Assembly (NCBI GenBank): GCA_963745235.1
Contig: CAVUXE010000042.1
Span: 1-13,431 of the forward strand
From: an uncultured Spirochaetota bacterium
GTDB lineage: Bacteria > Spirochaetota > Spirochaetia > SZUA-6 > Fen-1364
Length of the DNA: 13,431 nucleotides
Direction: 5' to 3'
Shown: positions 6,218 to 13,431 of the stretch, in pieces
Layout of the letters: each line of letters opens with the position of its first letter
Numbering within the stretch: the first letter of the stretch is position 1
Program-made: the position numbers and the translations under genes
The notes under the pieces: model-generated
Told to the model about the DNA's origin: nothing
Seen by the model: the letters and a program-made list of their open reading frames with translations, nothing else
The model's database searches: none

Positions 6218-7204
6218 ATGAAAACCGAAGCGCTCCTCTATCTGGGCGAGAGGAAGATCGAGCTCCGCGAAGTCGAACTTCCGGAACCTGCGGCTCACGA
6301 GCTTCTCGTTGAGATGGAGATCTGCGGCATCTGTGGCTGGGACCTCCTCGCCTATGCGGGCCGCTTCGGCAAATTCCATCCCTATCCATTCCGCGCGGGA
6401 CACGAGGGCGTCGGCCGCGTGGTCAAGGCTGGTCCCCTCGTGCAGGGCATAGCCGTCGGGCAGCGGGTTGCCTGCCACGAACTGCCGATCGGCGACCGTG
6501 GCGGCGGGCTGATGGCCCGGCATGCTCTGCGCACGTGGAACAAAGTCAGCGTCATTCCTGAGATTCCCGACATCCCGCTCAAACACTGGGTGGTCGAGCC
6601 TGCGGCCTGCATAGTCAACGGCATCGAGTACTCGGAGATACGTCCGGGGGATTCGGTGGGCCTAGTGGGCGCCGGGTACATGGGGCTGCTCATGCTTCAG
6701 GGCCTGAGGCGCACGATGGCCGCGAAGGTGAGCGTCTTCGAGCCGGAGCCGGCACGGCTCGAGTTGGCGAAGCGGCTCGGGGCGGGCATGGGCAACTGGG
6801 ATTTCGTGCCTGTTGGCCCAAGCTCTCCGGAAGCGGAGCGCCGCGGCATGTACGACGTGGTGATCGAGACGGCAGGCACCCAAGCTTCGCTGGACCTGGC
6901 CTTTGCGCTTGCAAAACCCTATGCCGTGATCGAGAATTTCGCCTGGCATCATCACAAGGCGGAGTTCGACCTGGACCATTGGCACACGAGAGGGCTCCGC
7001 ATACTCAACATACAACCCCAGATGAACGATGCCTTCGACTCCGTCTTCCCTCGCGCGATAGCGCTGATGGCCGCGGGAGCCATCAGCAATCGAGACCTCG
7101 TTACCCACGTTGCTCCCTTCCCTGCAGCCGAAGAGGTTTTTGTGGCCGGCCTCGACAAGAAGGACGGCTATATCAAAGGCGTGATCGATTTCACCCGGAA
7201 GTAG
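6218..7204 (+). CDS. Zn-dependent medium-chain dehydrogenase (polyol/sugar dehydrogenase-like, ~328 aa)
   Basis: CGICGWD, GHEGVG and VEPAAC catalytic-Zn motifs and GAGYMG Rossmann motif. GGAG SD 7 nt before ATG 6218, so the 6107 start is unlikely. Confidence 0.88.
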   Translation: MKTEALLYLGERKIELREVELPEPAAHELLVEMEICGICGWDLLAYAGRFGKFHPYPFRAGHEGVGRVVKAGPLVQGIAVGQRVACHELPIGDRGGGLMARHALRTWNKVSVIPEIPDIPLKHWVVEPAACIVNGIEYSEIRPGDSVGLVGAGYMGLLMLQGLRRTMAAKVSVFEPEPARLELAKRLGAGMGNWDFVPVGPSSPEAERRGMYDVVIETAGTQASLDLAFALAKPYAVIENFAWHHHKAEFDLDHWHTRGLRILNIQPQMNDAFDSVFPRAIALMAAGAISNRDLVTHVAPFPAAEEVFVAGLDKKDGYIKGVIDFTRK

Positions 7205-7285
7205 CGGGAAGTATGATCCGCATGAACCGATCTGTCAGCATCATTCCAGGGCAACGGACTGAGAATGGGCATGGAGCAATCAAGC

Positions 7286-8794
7286 ATGAGTGAAACCCTC
7301 CTGGAGACACGGGACATCTCGAAGGACTTTTCCTCGGTCTACGTGCTGAAAGACATCAACATCCAGGTAATCAGAGGAGAAATTCTCGGAATCATCGGGG
7401 AGAATGGCGCCGGCAAATCGACCCTGATGAAGATACTGAGCGGAATCTACCCTCCTACCTCGGGTGAGATCCTCTTCGAGGGCACGCCGGTCCATATTCA
7501 CGAACCGCTCGACGCAAAGCTGCTCGGCATCAGTCTCATTCCCCAGGAGTTCAACCTGATCAGCCAGCTGACCGTGTACGACAATGTGTTTCTCGGATCC
7601 GAGCTGCGCCTCACGAACGGGCTTCTGGACAAGAAGACCATGATGGCCAGGACGCGTGCGCTCCTCTCTGAGCTCAGCGTTGATATCGGGCCCGAGGAGC
7701 GGATCGAGCGCCTGAGCACGGCGCAGAAGCAGATGGTGGAGATCTGCAAGGCCGTGTCGATCAACGCAAAGCTCCTGATCATGGATGAACCGACGACGGT
7801 CCTGACCCAATACGAGATCGACATTCTTTTCAGACTCATGCGGCGATTGCGGGATCAGGGTGCGACGATCATCTACATCTCCCACAAGTTGAAGGAGGTG
7901 AAGACGATCTGCGACCGAGTCATTATCCTGCGCGACGGTTCGGTGATTTCTACGGAACAAACCGGAAACGTCTCGATCATGGACATGGCGCAGCGGATGG
8001 TGGGTCGCGAGCTGAGTCAGGTGTTTCCGGAGAAGGGCCGGCCTACGCCGGACGTGGTCCTCGAGGTTCAGGATCTGACCATCCACGGTGTCATCGAGAA
8101 CATCAGCTTCAAGCTTCATCGAGGAGAGGTCCTGGGACTCGCCGGCCTGGTGGGGGCGGGGCGCACAGAGGTCGCGGAGACGATCCTCGGCGTACGCAAA
8201 GCGGAGAAGGGACGGATCCTGATCAATGGGAAGGGAGTCGAAATTTCCCGGCCGGTCGACGCGGTCGCCAACGGCATCAGCTATCTCTCGGAGGATCGCC
8301 AGGGAAGCGGGATTCTCGTCAATTTCTCGGTCATCAAGAACATAAGCCTCGTATCGCTCGCGTCCTACTGCCGGTATGTCCTCAAACTGATTCTCCGGCA
8401 GAAGGAGCGCGCCTCCGCCGAGATACACGCGCGGCGTTTCAATATAAAGGCGCCGAACCTCGATACGCGGCTCGAGTTCCTCAGCGGCGGGAACCAGCAG
8501 AAGGTCTCGCTCGCCAAGAGCATCGACTCGAGGCCGGCCGTCCTTATCGCCGACGAACCGACGCGAGGGGTCGACGTGTCGGCCAAGCAGGAAATCTACC
8601 GACTCATCAACAGTCTCGCCGCGGAAGGGCTGGCCTGCATCTTCATTTCGTCGGAACAGGAAGAGATCATCGGCATGTGCCACCGCGTGATCGTCATGAA
8701 ACAAGGGCGGGTGATGGGGAGCCTCGAGGGGGAGAAAATCACCGAAGAGGAGATCATGTTCCTCGCGACCGGAATAAGAGAAGGAGTGGCATGA
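7286..8794 (+). CDS. Sugar ABC transporter ATP-binding protein (RbsA/MglA-type, two NBDs)
   Basis: Walker A GENGAGKS, IMDEPT, YISHKL, second NBD GLVGAGRT, LSGGNQQK and ADEPTRGVDV. GGAG SD 9 nt before ATG 7286 (alternative starts 7265/7271). Confidence 0.95.
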   Translation: MSETLLETRDISKDFSSVYVLKDINIQVIRGEILGIIGENGAGKSTLMKILSGIYPPTSGEILFEGTPVHIHEPLDAKLLGISLIPQEFNLISQLTVYDNVFLGSELRLTNGLLDKKTMMARTRALLSELSVDIGPEERIERLSTAQKQMVEICKAVSINAKLLIMDEPTTVLTQYEIDILFRLMRRLRDQGATIIYISHKLKEVKTICDRVIILRDGSVISTEQTGNVSIMDMAQRMVGRELSQVFPEKGRPTPDVVLEVQDLTIHGVIENISFKLHRGEVLGLAGLVGAGRTEVAETILGVRKAEKGRILINGKGVEISRPVDAVANGISYLSEDRQGSGILVNFSVIKNISLVSLASYCRYVLKLILRQKERASAEIHARRFNIKAPNLDTRLEFLSGGNQQKVSLAKSIDSRPAVLIADEPTRGVDVSAKQEIYRLINSLAAEGLACIFISSEQEEIIGMCHRVIVMKQGRVMGSLEGEKITEEEIMFLATGIREGVA

Positions 8795-9768
8795 TGGAGA
8801 CTTCTGCTGTTGCACAGGCATTCAGGCGCTTTAACTACCAGAAGTACTCGTCATTCATAGCCCTCGTGGTCCTGTTCCTGGTCTCGGCCTTTCTCAGTCC
8901 GTTCTTCACCCGGCCGGGCAACCTGGTGAACATACTCAGCCAGGTCTCCTACACGGGAATGATCTCGCTGGGAATGGCGTTCGTCATCATCACGGGAGGG
9001 ATCGATCTCTCGGTAGGCTCGCTAGTCGCCTTCGATTCGCTGGTCGGCGTGATGGTCATGAACTACGTCCTGGGATCGATCCATAACGAGCTCGTTGCGA
9101 TTGTCACGGGGATCGTCGCCACGCTGGTCTTGGGAGCCGTGACCGGATTGGTCAACGGCATCACAATAACGCGGGGAAGGATCGCACCCTTTATCGTTAC
9201 CCTCGGCACGATGGCGATTTTCCGCTCCCTCGCGCTCTTCACTGGGAATGCGGGAGAGATCCAATCGCAGAGCAATATCTACGGGGAGTTTGGCCTGGCC
9301 AACGTGCTGTGGCTTCCCGTGCCCGTGTGGATCATGCTGTTCCTCGCCTTGGTACTGGACATCGTGCTCAATCGGACCAGATACGGACGCTACCTCTGCG
9401 CCGTGGGTTCGAACACTCGTGTAGCGGTCTTCTCCGCCATCAACGTCGACCGCGTGAAAGTGATCGCCTATACGATCACTGGCGTGCTCGTCGCCATTTC
9501 CTCGGTATTGCTCTCGTCGCGCTTCAACGCCGTGAGCACCTCGAACACGGGCATGGGATACGAGCTCGACGCGATAGCCGCGGTCATCGTGGGCGGAACG
9601 CCCTTTACCGGAGGTCGCGGGACCATCTGGGGCACGATCATCGGAGCGATCATACTCGGCATCATCAACAACATGCTGAATCTGCTCGGCGTTTCCGCCT
9701 ACCTTCAAGGGACGGTGAAAGGTCTTGTGATCATCGGCGCGGTCTACATCCAGAGGCAGAGAGCCTGA
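8791..9768 (+). CDS. Sugar ABC transporter permease (RbsC-type)
   Basis: GGIDLSVGS, PFIVTLGTM, TRYGRYLCAVGSN and YELDAIAAVIVGG motifs. ATGA overlap with the ATPase stop and AAGGAG SD (start 8791 or 8794). Confidence 0.95.
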   Translation: MMETSAVAQAFRRFNYQKYSSFIALVVLFLVSAFLSPFFTRPGNLVNILSQVSYTGMISLGMAFVIITGGIDLSVGSLVAFDSLVGVMVMNYVLGSIHNELVAIVTGIVATLVLGAVTGLVNGITITRGRIAPFIVTLGTMAIFRSLALFTGNAGEIQSQSNIYGEFGLANVLWLPVPVWIMLFLALVLDIVLNRTRYGRYLCAVGSNTRVAVFSAINVDRVKVIAYTITGVLVAISSVLLSSRFNAVSTSNTGMGYELDAIAAVIVGGTPFTGGRGTIWGTIIGAIILGIINNMLNLLGVSAYLQGTVKGLVIIGAVYIQRQRA

Positions 9769-9966
9769 TGCCGCCGGCTCTCGGAAGCCCGTTCGAACCG
9801 AAGGAGAATGCCACGGGGTACGCGAGTACGCGTTCCGCTTGAAGGCGGTACCGTGGCCGCGAAAGGAGGGGGAGGAACCCTGTAACGAGGAAGGGGTTGG
9901 TTGTTCAGTACGTCAGCGGTGACCGATTCGCATGAGTCGGCCTAACTTCTCAAGGAGGGACGAGAC

Positions 9967-10962
9967 ATGAAGAAGACATTCGTTGTCTTGGTTGCCGTGC
10001 TGGTCTTTGCCGCGGTATTCGCGGTGCAGGCTACCGCGCAGACCCTGCCCAATAGTGCCGGGTCCTCGCAGAAAGCGGTCCGCATCGGCTACACGATGCC
10101 GACGGCGGATCATGGATATATTGCCCGAGCGATATTCTGGGCCAAGAAAGCCATGGCGGATTGGAAAGCCATGGACCCGAATATCACGTTCTTCTTCGTC
10201 ACGGCGGACACGGTGACGAAACAGGCCAATGATATCCAGGACATGATGACCAAGGGCATCGACGGGCTCGTCGTATTCCCCATCGACGCGTCAATCACTT
10301 CGCAGGTCGAAAAGGCGCACAACGCCGGCATCTACACCGTCGTCATGGACCGCGGAACCACCCGGCCGGTCTACGACTGCTACCTGCACAACAACGACCT
10401 GGCGTACGCGACGCTCGCCTCGGAAACGCTGGCCAAGCAGCTCAACCACAAGGGGAATGTGGTCATCATCGAGGGCATCCCGACTCCCATCAACACCATC
10501 CGCGTGGATGCGGACAAGGCCGTCTTTGCCAAGTACGGCATGAAGGTTCTCGACTCCCAGCCGGGGAACTGGAACCAACAGAAGGCGCACGACGTCATGC
10601 AGAACTACCTGCAGAAATACCAGAGGATCGACGGGGTCATCACCAATGACGACGACATGATGATCGGGGCCAGGCTTGCGGTGAAGGAAGCCGGTCGCAC
10701 GGACGTCAAGGCCTGGATGGGCGGCGGCGCCGACAAGCGAATCCTCAAGATCATCATGGACGGAAGCGACCCGACAATCGCGGCGGACGTGACCTATCCA
10801 CCCGACCAGTGCGCGGACACGGTGACGGTCGCCGTTCAGGGCGCGCGGGGCGAGTCCTTCCAGGGCTTCTATCAGAAGAAACCCCCGCTCGAAGTCGTTC
10901 TCGCCGCGGAACTGGTCACAAAGGCGAATGCGGCGAATTACGTGAATCCGGATGAACCATAA
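9967..10962 (+). CDS. Sugar ABC transporter substrate-binding protein (RbsB-like)
   Basis: Sec signal peptide (MKKTFVVLVAVLVFAAVFAVQATA), GIDGLVVFP, VVMDR, GNVVIIEG and NDDDM class I periplasmic-binding motifs; AAGGAGG SD. Confidence 0.92.
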   Translation: MKKTFVVLVAVLVFAAVFAVQATAQTLPNSAGSSQKAVRIGYTMPTADHGYIARAIFWAKKAMADWKAMDPNITFFFVTADTVTKQANDIQDMMTKGIDGLVVFPIDASITSQVEKAHNAGIYTVVMDRGTTRPVYDCYLHNNDLAYATLASETLAKQLNHKGNVVIIEGIPTPINTIRVDADKAVFAKYGMKVLDSQPGNWNQQKAHDVMQNYLQKYQRIDGVITNDDDMMIGARLAVKEAGRTDVKAWMGGGADKRILKIIMDGSDPTIAADVTYPPDQCADTVTVAVQGARGESFQGFYQKKPPLEVVLAAELVTKANAANYVNPDEP

Positions 10963-11030
10963 GCATCTTCTTGCCCACGAAGTCTGACCGGCCGGGCAGA
11001 GACCGACCGCAGGGCCGCGTGGGGAGAGAC

Positions 11031-11060
11031 GGGGCCCGTCTTCGCAAGGGGGCGGGCCCT
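11031..11060 (+). terminator. Strong GNRA-loop hairpin downstream of the ABC operon
   Basis: GGGGCCCGTCTTC-GCAA-GGGGGCGGGCCCT (with G-U pairs); a second small hairpin GGCGCG-cctg-CGCGCC-CTTT lies at 11081-11100. Confidence 0.45.
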
Positions 11061-11227
11061 GTGCATTCAGGGGTTCTTTTGGCGCGCCTGCGCGCCCTTT
11101 CAACAGGCAGAAAGGCCGGAGGCAAGGCTCGCTGTCACGGGTCAAAATAGAGACTTCTGGACTTCTGCGCTGGATTTATCAGGTCTTTACGGCTCGCCCA
11201 TCCGTAGAAACTACGTATTTTTCAAGA

Positions 11228-11255
11228 TTGACAACTGCTATAGCGGGGATATCAT
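11228..11255 (+). promoter_or_regulatory. Putative sigma-70 promoter of the LuxR-type gene
   Basis: TTGACA (11228-11233)-16 nt-TATCAT (11250-11255) in an AT-richer intergenic region. Confidence 0.55.
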
Positions 11256-11386
11256 TCGTAATCGCGGTCTTGGTCGTGGAATTCGGCTGATGTCTGATCT
11301 GACCGAAAAAGTCAACTTTTTGCTTTGCGGAATTGGTTCTTCGAAGTGTAGCAAGCCTCAAAGCGAGTAGAGAGAGGCGAAAAAGC

Positions 11387-12145
11387 ATGGCCGATCTACT
11401 GGAGTTTGAGCGCTTTCCCTGGTTGAAAATCAACGACTATCTCAGAGAAATAGGCGGTTCCAAAACACGCGAGGAATTCTGCGAGAGGGTCCTTTCTGGA
11501 CTGGCGCGGCTCATTCCTTACGGTATGGCAGGCATCTTTCAATTTCTTGGCCCTTGCCTGCATCAGATCGGGGCAAACGAAGAGGACTCAAAAGCCTATG
11601 AGAGCTACTATCAGTTCCGCCTTCCCTGGTTTCCAAACTCAAAGAAGCCTTCTGTTCCCCCAGATGCGATCGGCAAGATCAACTGGAGAACGCTTCCCTA
11701 CCTCGATACTGAATTTTTCACTGATTTCATGTTTCCGACAGGATTCGAAAAGTCGCTTACGGTCTCATTGCCAGGAGTAAGGCTGGTCACGGCCATACAT
11801 CGTTCGCGCATGGCCTTGGATTTTACCAGTCTTGAATATACGATCCTGAACGTGTTAGCGCCCCATGTTCAGAACTTCTACAGTTGTTTCGAAAAGATTG
11901 CGAAGCTCTCATTCTCTTTTCCAACGAAAGATGAAATTGCTGATCATTTCGGCAGTCTTTCGCCTCGTGAGGTGGAGATAGCAACTCTGCTTTGCCAGGG
12001 CCTCACATTTGCAGAGATCGCCACGTGCCTTTTCATCAGCAGGCGAACTGTTGAGGCGCATATCCAGCACTTGTACGACAAGCTGAACGTGCATGATAAG
12101 AAAACGACGGTTGAAAAACTGACGAGCCGCTTCCTGGAAAAGTAG
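11387..12145 (+). CDS. LuxR/CsgD-type HTH transcriptional regulator with an N-terminal sensor-like domain (~252 aa)
   Basis: C-terminal LSPREVEIATLLCQGLTFAEIATCLFISRRTVEAHIQHLYDKLNV is a LuxR HTH; no receiver-domain motifs; GAGG SD before ATG 11387. Confidence 0.88.
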   Translation: MADLLEFERFPWLKINDYLREIGGSKTREEFCERVLSGLARLIPYGMAGIFQFLGPCLHQIGANEEDSKAYESYYQFRLPWFPNSKKPSVPPDAIGKINWRTLPYLDTEFFTDFMFPTGFEKSLTVSLPGVRLVTAIHRSRMALDFTSLEYTILNVLAPHVQNFYSCFEKIAKLSFSFPTKDEIADHFGSLSPREVEIATLLCQGLTFAEIATCLFISRRTVEAHIQHLYDKLNVHDKKTTVEKLTSRFLEK

Positions 12146-12345
12146 CAGCTTGCTGTTGGTCAAGGACTCGAATGGCAGGGCGGTACGGTGAAGACGGTAG
12201 ACTCACGTCCATGACCCTCAACATACTAGGTTACCTCGACCCGTACTTTGGAAAAGCATTCCATTACCGACAGTCTCGCGTATGGCATCACGAACGTCAT
12301 CCGCAAGACCGATAAAAAACCCAAACATACGACCTGGCCTCAGGC

Positions 12346-12376
12346 AGAATGGGGGAGGCTTCCGCTCCCCCATTCT
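12346..12376. terminator. Hairpin between convergent genes
   Basis: Perfect 12-bp stem AGAATGGGGGAG-gcttccg-CTCCCCCATTCT; no adjacent U-tract. Confidence 0.5.
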
Positions 12377-12462
12377 ACGCCGCTTCCGACCGATCAGCTA
12401 GCTCCTATATCCCTCATTCTGCGTCGCCCCTCGACGCCGTCGAATGCATTCTTCCACCCAAA

Positions 12463-13416
12463 TTATGGGGCGATACCAAGCGCACCCGACTTCAGGCCCT
12501 TAACGGCCTTATCCACAGCCGCTCTGCCGGCAGCGGAGAGTAGACTATTCTTCACGACGGTTATGCCGTTATCTGCCATGCCCAAAACATGGCTCTTTCC
12601 GTCCAGAAGTTTTCCGGCAGCCTCCTCATAGCCCAGTTCATTCCAGTTAAACACAACGCTGCCAACGGTGACGGTAGGCGCGACTTTGGAGCAATCAGTG
12701 ACGGCTCCAACAATCAGGACGCCCTTCGAGTCTTGCGCGGCAGTCAGCACGCCAACGTACGCTGCATCAAGTAAAGGCACGAGAACGTCATTCCCATCGG
12801 CTATGAGAGCCAGGGATGCTTCACGCGCCTTGTCGACGTCAGACCATGATCCGGTGGCAACCGAGCTGACCTTAACCTTCTTGCCGGAAGCCTGGGCACC
12901 CTTCTCAAAATTGGCCAAAAATTGCTTATGAGGATCGTACCACTCACCCGTGAGCATGGCGACCTTGTTGGATTTGGTCATCGCTGCAGCCATCACCCCG
13001 GCAATATACGCGGCATGGGCATAGCTAACGGTGGCTGCCGTCACATTAGGGACACCCCCGGTGTTGGTCGCAACACTGAAGACGAAGTTTGCTTTCGGAT
13101 ACTCTTTAGCCACCGTCTCGAGCGCTTCGCCGAACTGACCGCCTTGCCCAATTATGATGTCGTACCCCCGTTGGGCAAACTGGCGGATCACCTCGAGCTG
13201 CTGGTCTTGGGTTACATCTTCTTTATAAGCAGTTTCGATGCCGAGATCCTTCGCAGCCCTCATCATGCCTTCATACGTATACTGATTAAAGGCCTCATCG
13301 GTTTTCTCACCAGGCAAGACCATCGCCACCTTGTGCTTCGGTGCGGCGTTCGCAGGAACGGCCAAAACGATCGCCAAAATGAGCGACATCCCAAAGATCA
13401 GTTGCAGTTTCTTCAC
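12463..13416 (-). CDS. BMP-family ABC transporter substrate-binding protein (nucleoside-binding-like)
   Basis: KVAMVLPG..TDEAFNQYTYEG, GYDIIIGQG, AAYIAGVMAAAMTKSNKVA and TGSWSDVDKARE...LIADG motifs. GTG start with AAGGAG SD 9 nt upstream; signal peptide ending ANA-A. Confidence 0.9.
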   Translation of the reverse strand: MKKLQLIFGMSLILAIVLAVPANAAPKHKVAMVLPGEKTDEAFNQYTYEGMMRAAKDLGIETAYKEDVTQDQQLEVIRQFAQRGYDIIIGQGGQFGEALETVAKEYPKANFVFSVATNTGGVPNVTAATVSYAHAAYIAGVMAAAMTKSNKVAMLTGEWYDPHKQFLANFEKGAQASGKKVKVSSVATGSWSDVDKAREASLALIADGNDVLVPLLDAAYVGVLTAAQDSKGVLIVGAVTDCSKVAPTVTVGSVVFNWNELGYEEAAGKLLDGKSHVLGMADNGITVVKNSLLSAAGRAAVDKAVKGLKSGALGIAP

Positions 13417-13431
13417 GCCTGTTCTCTCCTT

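Noticed and set aside
7280-8821. 513-aa minus-strand ORF
   Set aside because: Antisense shadow of the ABC ATPase; no recognisable motifs, and long antisense frames are expected from GC-rich codon bias.
9808-9885. 25-codon small ORF (MPRGTRVRVPLEGGTVAAKGGGGTL) after AAGGAG
   Set aside because: The SD-like motif is only 1 nt from the ATG and there is no other support.
10291-11145. 284-aa minus-strand ORF (also 9022-9708 -)
   Set aside because: Antisense to the binding-protein and permease genes; no family motifs.
12248-12631. 127-aa plus-strand ORF
   Set aside because: TTG start with no SD, runs through the hairpin and overlaps the BMP gene antisense; no motifs.
1-13431. CRISPR arrays, tRNA/rRNA genes, known riboswitches
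   Set aside because: No regularly spaced repeats or recognisable RNA-family signatures were seen by eye; an Rfam scan was not possible.

Overview
A GC-rich bacterial region with five blocks. (1) An apparently intact IS1182-family element (1-~1719, transposase on the minus strand, matching 15-bp terminal inverted repeats, left end clipped by the window). (2) A flavodoxin plus a carboxymuconolactone-decarboxylase-family gene. (3) The most unusual block (3134-6044): a predicted sigma-54 promoter with two pairs of tandem palindromic sites, followed by an APC-superfamily permease fused in frame to a C-terminal PII (GlnB/GlnK-like) domain and two more stand-alone PII genes. The three PII units differ at key ligand-binding and modification residues, which suggests a nitrogen-regulated amino acid/amine transporter gated by a tethered, possibly heterotrimeric PII. 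(4) A Zn-dependent dehydrogenase and a CUT2 (Rbs/Mgl-type) sugar ABC transporter. (5) A lower-GC orphan LuxR-type regulator convergent with a BMP-family substrate-binding protein. Family calls come from recognising motifs by eye; no searches were run.
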